DNA of 64,000 nucleotides. Origin: Veleropilina oligotropha. Taxonomy: Eukaryota. Shown here one piece after another: positions 1 through 14,000 of the stretch; position 1 is the first letter of the stretch; each line of letters opens with the position of its first letter. Both the position numbers and the translations under genes were made by a program. The notes below the pieces were generated by a model. It did not search any database. It had not been told where the DNA came from and saw nothing but the letters and a program-made list of their open reading frames with translations. The DNA lies in the NCBI GenBank assembly GCA_048128005.1, contig JBEUKZ010000125.1, positions 372,001-436,000 on the forward strand, given 5' to 3'.

Positions 1-628
1 TCGACCTATAGATCTCCGCTGGAAATGGTTCGTCAATATAGGCAAACAACTTTAGAAATTTGGGCAGCACTTCCCCAAGTAATAACACACCAAAGTAGTA
101 ACATTGACGAAGTCCAAATTCCGAATGTCAGCAAAACTGGGACGTACATTTTTCTAATATTTACAGGATACGTTAAACACATCATAAGGAAGGCTCATGC
201 CAAGTAAGAAAAAAAGTTATCAGACAGTTTCAGAGATATTCACATTTGAATGCAAAACTTGTCGCAGAAGTGGATTTTCTAAGTCCAAAAAGGTAAATTT
301 CGGAAGAATTTTCTAATAATTTCAGGATATGTTCAGAACATCATGAGGGCCAATGCCAAATTAGAAAAAAGTTATTTGTAGTCAAAACTTGTCACAGAAG
401 TGGATTTAGTCCAAAAAGGTAAATTTCGGAAAAACGAGACGTAGAATTTCCTAATATTTTCAAGAAATGTTCAGAACATCATAGGGAAGGTTCATGCGAA
501 AGTACAAAAAAAGTTATCAGACAGTTTTCAAGATATTCACATTTCAAGCAAAAGTTGATGCCGGACGACAGACGATGGACGGAGTGGTATCAGTAAAGCT
601 CCGCTGAATACGTCATAGCGGAGCTAAA
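1..628. mobile_element. Helentron-like non-autonomous element, partial
   Basis: internal tandem units, GACG-like tract, terminal hairpin agctccgct..agcggagct. Confidence 0.55.
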
Positions 629-1690
629 AACTGTTTAAAACTTATAAACAAAGATCAGTCGGTTTCATTAAGCTTTTCTCGTGCATTTTGTATTAATGAA
701 AAAGTCATCTTGACATTTTCTCAAATGACGTGGTCGCACCTAGACAGCGGCGGGTCTATACAGTCGATATGGAACGCTCGCGGACACTGGTTACACTCCG
801 CCAGCTTTCCGTTCCGTTTCCCGCACACGATGCAGTGAGACATGCCAGTCGCCTTAAATACAGAAATAAAACGTGTCTAAAGTATTCAAAACAATATCAT
901 GTAATTACAGTCTGAGCTAAATAATCAATATAAAAGTAGTGTGATTTTGTCTTTACACATAACCTATGATCTTCTATCAATGCATTAACAATGTTTTATA
1001 ATTTTTTATAATGTACCAAACTTTAAAATTGAGCCATATAAATTAATATTTCATTAGGTTCACACGTTAATAACGAACGAAGTTCGTCCTATAGATTAGG
1101 GACACGACCACAATATCTACACATACCTGTGCATACCTTGCAACTTGAACCGGATGGTCACGAATTGACCACTGCGCAAACTCGAGTCAGCCATGTTTCG
1201 AAGGAAATTCGGTATTTTTACATTGGAGTACCAAAATCTTGCACCATCGAGATATGCAAAACAACGTAATTACGGACAACGGCCGATTTTAAACTTCAAA
1301 TTATCCAAGTACAATAACATTAATAACGCGACAAATTGATATAAACCCATTGCTATCGTCTGTGCATATATCTTTTTCTGCAAGAATGGCGTGATGTTTT
1401 GATAATTGTGACGTCAGAGAAAATGCGTAGCTAAGCAACAATGAGTGACGTCGCGGAATGTGTGTCAGCTTACACTAGACGTTATGAATAAGAAGACAGG
1501 GTACGGATTTCATAATTTTTATTTGTGTATAATCCCTATTCTGCGTTCGTATCTAGGTGCTACCTACAACATATTATTTCTACTCGAAACTATTGACTTT
1601 GAGAGTTTCTATGTCTATCCTTCTGAGTATTAATTACCGATTCCAGTAAAGCAGAAATACTTGAACATTATATTATGATTAACTTAACAT

Positions 1691-1975
1691 TTGCCTACTA
1701 TTGTACATGTCATAAGGGGCCTGCCTACTACGTACATGTCATAAGGGGCCTGCCTACTATCGTACATGTCATAAGGGTCTGCCTACTATCGTGCATGTCA
1801 TAAGGGGCCTGCCTACTATCGTACATGTCATAAGGGGCCTGCCTACTATCGTACATGTCATAAGGGGCCTGCCTACTATTGTACATGTCATAAGGGGCCT
1901 GCCTACTATCGTACATGTCATAAGGGGTCTGCCTACTATCGTCATTGTCATAAGGGGCCTGCCTACCTTCGTCAC
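1691..1975. repeat. 30-bp minisatellite (~10 units) derived from exon 32 donor junction
   Basis: unit taaggggcctgcctactatcgtacatgtca; last unit overlaps the exon end. Confidence 0.92.
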
Positions 1976-2023
1976 ACACTCATAGCAGTACCAGTCACCA
2001 TCTGGGATTGTGTCTAACTTTGG
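1967..2023 (-). CDS. BAZ2B: Exon 32, PHD finger C-half
   Basis: PKLDTIPDGDWYCYECVTK, aag|gtaggc donor. Confidence 0.95.
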
Positions 2024-5000
2024 CTGAAACGATAATAAATTGCACAATTTAAAAATCAGCCTTGCAATTTCAGATATTGCTGTTTAAAGGTACTTTAAAT
2101 ATATAAAATGTCAACTTTCTGATCATTCTAGGATCAAACAAGTGCCATCCGTGATGGCCCTCGCTGCCACCAAGTCTCAACAATCCTTCATCTTGCCCAG
2201 AAATCTCTATGATGAATACTTATCGATCACCACCAAAATAAATGGATATATTGCTCCTTCGCCCAAGGTCAATCCATCAACAAAACATCACAAATATCCA
2301 ATAATAATCATGCTAATAGATGAATAGAATAAACAACTATAGCAAATCCTCGACCCAGCAAGTCGAGGGGCAGCAAAAATCGGTAGGCGCCGTGTCCTCA
2401 TCATACCAAATATGTATATCAAATTTGAATCAAACCAGATAATAGCTTTTCGCTGTCGAGTGCGCACACAAAATCTCTCCAAACAAAATGGCCGCCACCT
2501 TTGATCCGAAAACGACGAAAATCGTTAGGCGGTGTGTTCTCATCCGAACTAAATTGTATACCAAATTTGAATTAAATCGGATTAGAATTTTTCACGGTAG
2601 CATGCACACAAGAAATATCTGCAGCGGCTGAACGATGGCTAAACCATACTATCCCTGGGGATATACCCGACTATTGTCCGGGGATACAAATAGACATGGA
2701 TGAAAACATAATCTCCTTGCTGGATGTAAAATGGCAGAAGCTAGATGGAGGAATCAAATAAAAGGCCAAAAAATCTATTAAATGAGGCCATTGCGCATGG
2801 CCAAAATGAGGCCAATGCGCATGGCCTCACCTATACATGTGAAAACCTTTATCGCATACAGCCTTACCTTGAAGCAGTACATGTGATAACCTTTATCGCA
2901 TACAGCCTTACCTTGAAGCAGTACATGTGAAAACCTTTATCACATACAGCCTTACCTTGAAGCAGTACATGTGATAACCTTTATCACATACAGCCTTACC
3001 TTGAAGCAGTACATGTGAAAACCTTTATCGCATACAGCCTTACCTTGAAGCAGTACGTGTGAAAACCTTTATCGCATACAGCCTTACCTTGAAGCAGTAC
3101 GTGTGAAAACCTTTATCGCATACAGCCTTACCTTGAAGCAGTACATGTGATAACCTTTATCGCATACAGCCTTACCTTGAAGCAGTACGTGTGAAAACCT
3201 TTATCGCATACAGCCTTACCTTGAAGCAGTACATGTGATAACCTTTATCACATACAGCCTTACCTTGAAGCAGTACATGTGAAAACCTTTATCGCATACA
3301 GCCTTACCTTGAAGCAGTACATGTGATAACCTTTATCGCATACAGCCTTACCTTGAAGCAGTACATGTGATAACCTTTATCGCATACAGCCTTACCTTGA
3401 AGCAGTACATGTGATAACCTTTATCGCATACAGCCTTACCTTGAAGCAGTACATGTGATAACCTGTATCGCATACAGCCTTACCTTGAAGCAGTACATGT
3501 GATAACCTTTATCGCATACAGCCTTACCTTGAAGCAGTACATGTGATAACCTGTATCGCATACAGCCTTACCTTGAAGCAGTACATGTGATAACCTTTAT
3601 CGCATACAGCCTTACCTTGAAGCAGTACATGTGATAATCTTTATCACATACAGCCTTACCTTGAAGCAGTACATGTGATAACCTTTATCGCATACAGCCT
3701 TACCTTGAAGCAGTACATGTGATAACCTTTATCGCATACAGCCTTACCTTGAAGCAGTACATGTGATAACCTTTATTGCATACAGCCTTAGCTTGAAGCA
3801 GTACATGTGATAACCTTTATCGCATACAGCCTTACCCTGAAGCAGTACGTGTGATAACCTTTATCGCATACAGCTTTACCTTGAAGCAGTACGTGTGATA
3901 ACCTTTATCGCATACAGCCTTACCTTGAAGCAGTACGTGTGATAACCTTTATCGCAGCCATCACACAATAGTAGTTGTGCTTCATTGTCGTCTCGACGGC
4001 AAATCTGGCACAACTGAAAAGCGATTCATGAAAATTACCGCAGTGAATGACACACGAGCGATTCTGTGTCTTAAATAATTATATATAGTATGTACATAAT
4101 GATTAAAATAGTATTTCACAATAATTTTTCCCAAAAGATTAATGGAAATTCAACGTTGCAGTCTGTTATTTTTGTAAAGGCAAATATGTGCGTGTGTGGT
4201 TCGAAATCTTTATGCTACAGTAAATGGGAATTGTTCGAATGATATAACTCACAAATAAATATAACTTTCTTAGCAAAGCCGGTGCAAAGTGTCACTTCGC
4301 CGTTCATAGAAAACCCAAATATATATTTTGAAGGCTCACGTTTCAAAAATTATTCTCGGAATTGACTCCTCGGATATTAAAACCATGCAAATAAGTGCCA
4401 TACATAATCAACATCAGGCGAGTAAAGATTATAACCAATGATTCATGATTTGAATCAGTTTTGACAATATTTCAGTTGTATCTGTAGTTGAACATAACCT
4501 ACGATCAGCCACTGACCACTTTCATGATGGAGTCCACAATAACAATATTTCAGTAGTATCTGTAGTCGAACATAACCTATGATCAGCCACTTACCACTTT
4601 CATGATGGAGTCCACAATAACAATATTTCAGTAGTATATGTAGTCGAACATAACCTATGATCAGCCACTTACCACTTTCATGATGGAGTCCACAATAACA
4701 ATATTTCAGTAGTATCTGTAGTCGAACATAACCTATGATCAGCCACTTACCACTTTCATGATGGAGTCCACAATAACAATATTTCAGTAGTATCTGTAGT
4801 CGAACATAACCTATGATCAGCCACTTACCACTTTCATGATGAAACCCACAATAACAATATTACAATAGTATCTGTAGTCGAATATTATCTATGCTCAGCC
4901 ACCTACCACTTTCATGATGGACTTCTCCCATGAGATGGAGCCCACGAGCTGGTGGATGCAGAGAGTCATCTGAGCGGCCGACGTTGCCGTGGCGACCGAT

Positions 5001-8000
5001 GTCCGCCACGTGAGCAGTCCGGAGGGCACCTGTTCTGTCGGCTCCAATTCCCGGACCTCTTGCTCCGGTTGGTCCCCAGTGTTTTCCGCATGATGCATGG
5101 AGTTGATCGTGGCCAGTTTCAGTTGGATGCTAAATATCGGAAAAGAAAATCATGCAAAAAGCTGTGACGTTGAAAATCGGAATTATAACCTAAGACGTAA
5201 TAATGCAAATGACAAGTAAATTCAAATTATAATGACATTTACGTGAATGTTTCGAAGTTTAAGGAGCTACAAAATATAAAGCTGAAAGTTAGACTTTGTT
5301 ATACATGCTGTAATAATTAATGACTTCAATAAATTTAAAACACTACATAAATTAACCAGAAATGCACGTCCTTACCTTTTACTCAGCGGGGGCTTCAGGT
5401 ATCTCCGTTCGATGTTTTTCTCTAGAGTCAATAGCCGTTCTCTTGCAACGTCAAGCGGATGGAATTCGTTTTCGTTTTTCTCTGTCTGCGAACGTTTGAT
5501 AAAGTGAACCTCAGGATTCTCTGTAGCTTTCATCTGGATTTTCCATCCCTGTCGACAATAAAGTAAAATAGAGATATAACAGCTACAAATCACATAGCAC
5601 ATACAACACTGCCCTCAACTTGCAGGATGTAGGTCAGAACTCCATCCACTTCCTGGTAACTCTTCTATGTACTTCCAAGCTGTTTACTAACAGGAGTGGG
5701 TTCGAATCTTGGTTGGGGCATTAACATTCTTTGTTCAGTTATCATTTGCAGTTGACTGGAAACATGGGTTTCCCTGGGTGACAAAGCTTTCTTCCCTTGA
5801 TAATATGGACATGTCCTGCCTTGAACCTGATGGTTGTAAATATACAGTACATCAAGCATCAATCCATCCAAACCGTTCCCACTACATCCCATCAGTTGGT
5901 GCCCCCCGGCGCTTTATCCATGCAGGCTAAAGTTTCTACTTTTCAGCTCTCCCCCCTACATCCTGCCCGGTGCCGCCCCCTGCTATCTCACCGTGACCTG
6001 CAGGCTGGAGGTCAGCAGTTCCCCCTGCATCCTGTCCGGTGGCGCCCCCTGCTATCTCACCTTGACCTACAGGTCAGCAATTCCCCCTGCATCGTGCCTG
6101 CATGGTGGCGCCCCCCCTGCTATCTCACCGTGACCTGCAGGCTGGAGGTCAGCAGTTCCCCCTGCATCCTGTCCGGTGGCGCCCCCTGCTATCTCACCTT
6201 GACCTACAGGTCAGCAATTCCCCCTGCATCGTGCCTGGTGGCGCCCCCCCTGCTATCTCACCTTGACCTGCAGGTCAGTAATTCCCCCTGCATCCTGTCC
6301 GGTGGCGCCCCCTGCTATCTCACCTTGACCTACAGGTCAGCAATTCCCCCTGCATCGTGCCTGGTGGCGCCCCCCCTGCTATCTCACCTTGACCTGCAGG
6401 TCAGTAATTCCCCCTGCATCCTGCCCGGTGGCGCCCCCTGCTATCTCACCTTGACCTGCAGGTCAGCAATTCCTCCTGCATCCTGCCCGGTGCCGCCCCC
6501 TGCTATCTCACCGTGACCTGCAGGCTGGAGGTCAACAGTTCCCCCTGCATCCTGCCTGGTGGCGCCCCCCCTGCTATCTCACCGTGACCTGCAGGCTGGA
6601 GGTCAGCAGTTCCCCCTGCATCCTGCCTGGTGGCACCCCCTGCTATCTCACCTTGACCTGCAGGTCAGCAGTCCCCCTACATCCTGCCCGGTGGCGCCCC
6701 CTGCCATCTCACCTTGACCTGCAGGCTGTAGGTCAGCAGTTCCCCTTGCATCCTGCCCGGTGGCACCACCTGCCATCTCACCTTGACCTGCAGGCTGGAG
6801 GTCAGCACTCTCTCCTCAGCTGCTTCCACTTCTTCCAGCAGAGCCATCTCGATTTCGTGGAGCACCTCCGTCAGCCAGTCCTCCGGCGTCTCTCCGATCT
6901 GCAACGACTCCATCTTGACTGGAGCCTCGCCGCCTGGAGACGTCTCGGGGCCGGATTTACCCTCATCAGCCTCCTCCTCCTCCTTAACCTCCAGAGTTAA
7001 GGCTGAAACAAGAAAATAACATTGTTTATTCGCGAGCAGATTAACTGTACCCTTTGCCATTCCAATATCTAAATTCATAATTTAAACGAGAATGTTTCTA
7101 TAATCGCTTCGTTATCTTTAAAAAGTTCCATTACTAAAATATCGTGCATCAAGTCAAAGTGAAAACATAAGCGTTTTAAAGATCCATCTACACCAACATC
7201 ATGTCACCCATAATATCAGAAGTACGTACGTATCCCGGTCTCAGTGATTTCACTTGGGCAAGGAAATTAGCATACATTTGCCTCGGCCCACCCAGCAGAT
7301 CTGTATACGTACGTACCTGGTTGGCAGTTATGCAATACACAGTGCTACCCGCGCATAATCACTAATACTTCTAGTTGAGTCGAGATGAAATCCTGTGTTG
7401 AACAAAAATATAACCATTGAGGTAACTGTAAAGTCGAGTGTGCTCAAGGAGTAATAATTCCCCCTCACCTTTATTTCTTTTTATAAGATGGCAGAGAATT
7501 GTACTTACCTTCTTTGTTTCCCTTCGTACACGATGCACATGCGTAATCGAAGTACTTCTGTATATTTTTCTGCAGGTTCTTCTCGCGGATCCCTCGTGGG
7601 TGAAGGCACTTGACGATCGCTTTGAGCTCCTCAGGGTCACTGATCTTACTCCAACCCTTCTGCATTTCTGAAACACATAAAATGGGCTTTAAACAACTAT
7701 ATTCTATTATTCAGATACAATACACACAAAACAAAATGACAGAATAATCAGTCTGTTGCAGCAGCGAAAAGTCGCAAAAAGATCATTAATAGATCTTCGA
7801 TTAAACCGCTAAGTAATCGACATGCTTAAATGCTTTCCAAAGTAGCATATTCATACAAGTTTTCATGTTAAACGATGAAAATATAACCGACGCAAAGCTC
7901 TCACTCGGTTCATGTTTACGTATATGTTAAAGCACCAAGGACATGCCCAGATTATCTGTCTGTATTCATGTCAAATTTTTATTAAAATTCATATACTAGT

Positions 8001-11000
8001 ATTTACCAGCGCTAGAGAAGATTTCTATGTCCAAAATCAATAATTTCACACATTATTTAAAAACAAATATATTCAATAACACTGTACGAGTGGTGGGAAG
8101 CATCAATACCCACGTTTAACATATAATTATTATCCGGGTCATTTTACATAGCAACAAAGTGTTTAATAAAAACGATAATACACATGTAACTTATGGCTTT
8201 CTGTGTAATTTTGATTGGATAATTTAATCAATGGATTAGAAACAACAAATGGCAGGGCAGGTCACAAAAGGTCATTGGTGGTGTGTACCGTCCTTTTACT
8301 ACGAAACACACATATGGCCACTTCCAATCATCTTAACGTCGATAGCAGCGATCAAGGGAAATACATGCAACTTCAACTGACGACCAATATTTAATTGAAA
8401 TATTAGGTGCATAGCTTCAGGTAAGCCATAGTATCTATAGCTCTAGATAGTTTTACTATCGATAGTTATAGTTTTACGGAGTTCAATGTCAGTGCAGGCT
8501 AGTTTGCACTTGAACGAAATCGGTGTTCATTTCATTCGAGAGAATGGCCGCCATTTTGTGACGCTTCGAATCAATTTTAGATTTAAATTAACATATTAAC
8601 GTTGCATATTTATAAAATTATTGTGAAAATGTGTTTATAATTGTGAACATATACAAAGCCGACAAATTAGTCATGATTGTGATGCTTTATATGTAAGTTG
8701 GCGAAGTTGATTCGATAGCAGACGACAACTCGCTCAACTACCCGCGCATTTAATGTTATTTTAATAGAGCTTGTTGGATAAGTATGATATTGATTAAGCG
8801 ACATTAGTTCTTTTTTTAACAGCAATTTTTGCTCTTTATAGTTTAGGTAAAACTGGGGTTATTTTTCACATCCATTGCAGCATTTTCATGACGTCAACGT
8901 TCAATTTACAATTCACATTCTGCAATATTCCTACGCCGCATAATTATGTTAGAACGTGTCAACAAATTTAAAATCAACATTGCATGTACGCCTACAGCTT
9001 GTTTCTGTATACATTTAGATATATGATAAAAAGAATCTCACATTCGTGATCATTTAATATCACATTTATGAAACTCGTTAACTAATTTTCATAAATGTGA
9101 TATTAAATGACCACTCATGTGAGATCCCCTCTTTATCACATGACAAACCTAGTATGGAACAGTAGAAGCCGTTCCATAATTTCGATACAAAAGACACGTG
9201 CCATAAGTATGCAAATGAGGGCGAGCATGACGCCCGGTCATCACATCTGGCGCCAAGTTGATTAGGCGGCGCAACACCCTCATTAACATATTGAATAATT
9301 CATACGCGTTGACTTGTCGATTACTGACAAAACAAAGATGTTGAACTATTTTTTATTGGCGTACTGCGTGGCGCATGCTTTCGAGGCGTGATGCATCCGA
9401 GGCATGCCATTTTATGGCTGAAAGTACTGATAGAAATCAGTTTAAAAACTTAAAGAAATGAGTTAAAAATCGTAATAAAATAAGTTTAAAGGTAAATAAA
9501 GTCATGTGATAAAGAAGATCTCAAACTTGTGTCCATTTCATATGAGAATTATGAAATTAGTCAGCAAATTGTGCCCGACTCGTTTCATAATTCTCATATG
9601 GAATGGACACTCGTTCGAGATCCTCTATATATGTAAGCAAAATAGTGCCTTGAGTACTCCATATGCACCCACTGAAAAACAAAAAAGTTGGAGGCAACTT
9701 GAGAAGAAACAACATATATTTTCGAAGTGGACATAGAAATCCCAACACACGGATATTCGAATTATAGATGCAAGGTTCCTGAAGTGTCTAATCACTAACC
9801 AATACATGTTCCTAAACCGACTTAATGAAGACAAAGTAATACCCTAACTTTTTCTTCGATTTATACAAACAAACACTGTGGTAACAGCATTTAGAAGCCA
9901 ATTTCATTTCTCGGCCAATGAGAGAGCAGTATTTCTCGTCAATTATTGCTGAAGACGGCACTTTGCAGGTCTATTGTTTGCGATGCCTTACCCATTATTA
10001 AGAATAGGGGTGACAGGTTGTAATGTTAATATGGATCTTCTTGATATATTGGTAAAAAAGCTAATTATTTTGTAATAAATATGTGTTTCGATAACATAAA
10101 TAGTTTAACAAATTAGATAATTATAAATAATTTGTGTGGAGAAATGAAATTAGCTTCTAAGTCGGTTAGACGGCAGCTTGTAGACTCTTATCAAAAAGTA
10201 GTCTCGCCCTACGGGCTAGACTCCTATTTTGCTAAGACTCTCCAATCCGCCATCTAACCTATACATAAACAGAACCCTTTCAAATATACCAATATTAATT
10301 GGATTATGTTGAGAAGATTTTATTCGACTGAACATCTAGCAGTCTTGATCATATCATGATCTTGTTTGCAACTTGAAGCTGTCAGGAACAAATAAACTAA
10401 TATCTGAGGTAATTTTTCGTTAGTTCGACAACGTGAATCCATAGTAGCAAAGAGTTGAAATAATGTCGTAAATTGGACTAGATGTTATTGTTTTATTCTC
10501 AAATTGATGCAGTTATCTCATTTGATTGATCAGTATGTTATCACACCAACTGTCAATCATCAGCCATTTTTGTTCTGTCAGGGAACCAATTATTAATTGA
10601 TTCACTCGGCATCTTCCAACTTCCGAAGTTAATGCTTCTGCTTCCAGAAGTTGTGAATTGATCACTCTGCAAGTACAAAGTCATCATACATTTATAATTG
10701 ATCAGTATTGAAAGTCATCTAAATTTGAAGACTCCCATTGACAGAGTGTTCACGACTTTCTGTCAAAGGAAACAAACATCTCACCAAAAAATGTGGTAAC
10801 ATAAAGCTATTATAGCTATATCACATAAGCCTTCTCACCTAGCGGGATGGGGAGTGGTGGCCCTTGGATGTTGTTTATCCACTCGGTGGTGCCACCGCTG
10901 TTGTTGTTCGTATTCCAGCCCACATCGAACGGCACTTCTGGAATTTTAAACGAGTCCATGTTCTCACTATTGTTAAAACAAGACATGCTAAAGTCCGACA

Positions 11001-14000
11001 TTGACGCTTGGCCAAGATGGAATGACGAAAAAGATGGACTAGGAATCTGAAAAGGATGGAATGGAACTGGCGACATGAATGGCAATGAGCTGTTATGGAG
11101 TCTCGTCGCCGAAACGGGGGTACTTGGAGCGCGAGTAATGGACCCCTCATCACACGGCATTCTGGGTAAAATGCTGAACCACGGATTCTGTTCAGTAATG
11201 CTGGGGTAGATTTTCAGCATCGGATCGGTGTTGATTGGCGGTGTAGGATACATAAACGGCAGGAATTGATTGTTGTAGCAACTAGGCGAATTGTCCTTTT
11301 TCAATATGGTATCAATGCTCATGAAACTCGATGATTTAAATTCTGTTTTTGAATCTGGCGTTACGCCATTTGTTAATGATTTTATAGGTGATGAGGATGG
11401 ACATGCTGTGACGGGTTCATAACCCGTATCGGTATGTTCCGCTTCAACAGATGATGTAGGAATCACTTCATTCAACTTGGTTGAGTCTTTTGAAAACTCT
11501 ACTGGCAAATCAGTTTCAGATTCCGCTTCTGTTGCCGAATCCACAGTTTTTACACTATCAATACAATTCAATGGAGGGAGAACCTCCTTAATGTCTTTAT
11601 TCGTAGCATTGCACTCAGAGACTGTTTCAGATGTATCATCAGTACAGGCTTCCTCATCGACACGATTTTCCTCTTTCATGTCCAATTCAGATTTTATATC
11701 TTTCGTTTGTACTTCATCGTTTTCACTCCATTCCATTTTGATGTCACTCTCATTATCTTCTGTTTTGACTTCCACCTTGACAACTAATTTCGGTTTGTTG
11801 TCCTTTGTCGTTTCTGGTGGTGGCGGTCGGTCCGCTGGCACTTCTCCAGACTCAAGCCCTTCCACGTAAATTCCGCCACCGAACGGCAAAACCCAGAAGC
11901 GACGTTTAAATCGATCATTGCCCAAACATATCGCTCGCAGCTTGTGAGACGCATCAAACACTTTGTTTCTATACTGGCCATGTTGCTGAAAATAAAAAGG
12001 GATACATTAAAATAATAATATTGCTTTTACTACCAGCATAATAACAACGCAAAATTCATTATCCGATACGAGGCTGCACAGGTGTTGTAATAAGCAAGAA
12101 GGCAAAGCCATCAATATCCCCTGCAATGGTAGATTCACAATTACTATATGCTATATGTTCTTGAAACTACAATGGGATAAGCGCAATATCGTGGATTTAA
12201 ATAATAACAAGGGCAATAACTCTGTCATTAATCATCACATACGTCAAAATTATGAAAAGGCACCAGTTAACCAACTACTGAGTACATCCATCAAGTTTCG
12301 TAATGATAAGTCAATAACTTTATGAGATATAGACAGGAATAACAAAATTAATGCAAGGGCAATAACTCTGTTAATAATTGCCGTACAACGTCAAAATTAG
12401 CAAAAGGTACCAGATCACCAACTGCTTAATACACCCACAAAATTGCATAAAGTTATGACGAGCAGTTTATGGGATACGCTTCGGAAAGGAGAACATTAAC
12501 AAATTTACATCAAGGGCAATAACTCTATTAATAATCGCCACACAACCCCGAAACTAGCAAAAGGCACCATTTCACCAACTATTTAACACACCCAGCAAGT
12601 TTTGTCAAGTTATGTTGAGCGGTGTACGAGATACACTATGGAAAAGATACCAATAACGAATTAACAACAAGGGCAATAACTCTGTTAATGATCGTCGCAC
12701 AATGTCAAAAGTAGCAAGAGGCACCAGGTCACCGACTACTTAATACATCCAGCGAGTTTCGTAAAGTTATGTCGAGCGGTGTATGAGCTGCACTTTGGAA
12801 AAGTTGACATGAACGAATTTAAACAAGGGAGATAACTCTATTAATGATCGTCGCACAACGTCAAAACTAGCAAAAGGCACCAGTTCACCGATTACTTAAT
12901 ACACCCAGCAAGCTACGTAAAGTTTTGTTGAGCGGTGTACGAGATATGCTCCGGAAAAGATAATTTGCACGGACGGACGGACAGACGGTCTGCATTTTAA
13001 TATCCCCCGCAAAATTATTTTGGGGGGATAAAAAGAGCATGACTCCCGGTTCACTTGACAACTCTTATTAACAACTAAAAGGAGTGTGCTCGAATAATCG
13101 TCTCAGCACTTTGTTCAAATAATACTAATAGTCACAAAGTCACAATTGTCTGTAACTGTCATGAGGGCTGTTTTTTCAAGGCGTCCTGATAAGGGCTATT
13201 CCAGTAAAATATCTCACCCACCCACTGACTCCAGGTATATATCGCTTCTATGAGTGGTCACAAAATATAGAAAATAATTCTATTACTTATCACTGTTTAA
13301 CTAAAGAACTACTGTTGGTGGTCCCCTTTTGAAAAACCTGGAGTCAGGGGGTGGGGTAGATATTTTACTGGAATAGCCCTAAGACACTGAAGGGTGCTAA
13401 AAAAGTAGGACATGCAGCATCGACCCAAACCACATCTATCAAACAGCACAAAGATGACATCTATAATTACAGCACTGATGGTCTTAAGCAATTAACTTGC
13501 AATTGTAACATCTAATTTATGACATTGGTCACACATAACATAACATTCATGAAGAAAGCCGTATCTCCTCACCTTGCTGAGCTTGTCCATCTTCTTGTCG
13601 TATTCTTCGATCGTCGTGATCTCTTCCTCCTGTGTATGAGAGAATGAAATGTTACATTCATACTGACCCACGCAAGTAAAATATATTAATGTTAAATATG
13701 TAATGTACATCATACTACTTAATCATTAGCCATTATGATGTGTTTCCTCGGCCCTATATAATACACGGCCATATTAGACACATTTCCCTTGGTGGTTGAA
13801 CATTGTACATTTAACATCCAATCTCAATATCGACCACAGCCAATGTTGCATTATTCACTTATCATTCATGACCTCTATGTCCCCGTAGACACGTATCATT
13901 CATGACCTCTATGTCCCCGTAGACACGTATCATTCATGACCTCTATGTCCCCGTAGACACGTATCATTCATGACCTCTATGTCCCCGTAGACACGTATCA

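Noticed and set aside
1728..2047. Repetitive-peptide ORFs (also 37930-38440, 47478-47771, 15125-15494)
   Set aside because: By-products of mini/microsatellites; only the exon parts are supported
2832..3955. CRISPR-like appearance of regular repeats (also 1691, 32400, 37490)
   Set aside because: Head-to-tail units with no unique spacers, no cas genes, eukaryotic intron context
3924..4907. Intron gain by tandem duplication of AG|GT as the origin of these introns
   Set aside because: The arrays end inside the intron and the downstream acceptors are unrelated unique sequence, so the introns predate the arrays
5797..7019. Plus-strand ORFs of 239, 138 and 78 aa
   Set aside because: Translations of a GC-rich tandem repeat and antisense shadows of exon 28
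11477..11869. 130-aa plus-strand ORF and similar antisense ORFs over exons
   Set aside because: Antisense shadows of BAZ2B coding exons
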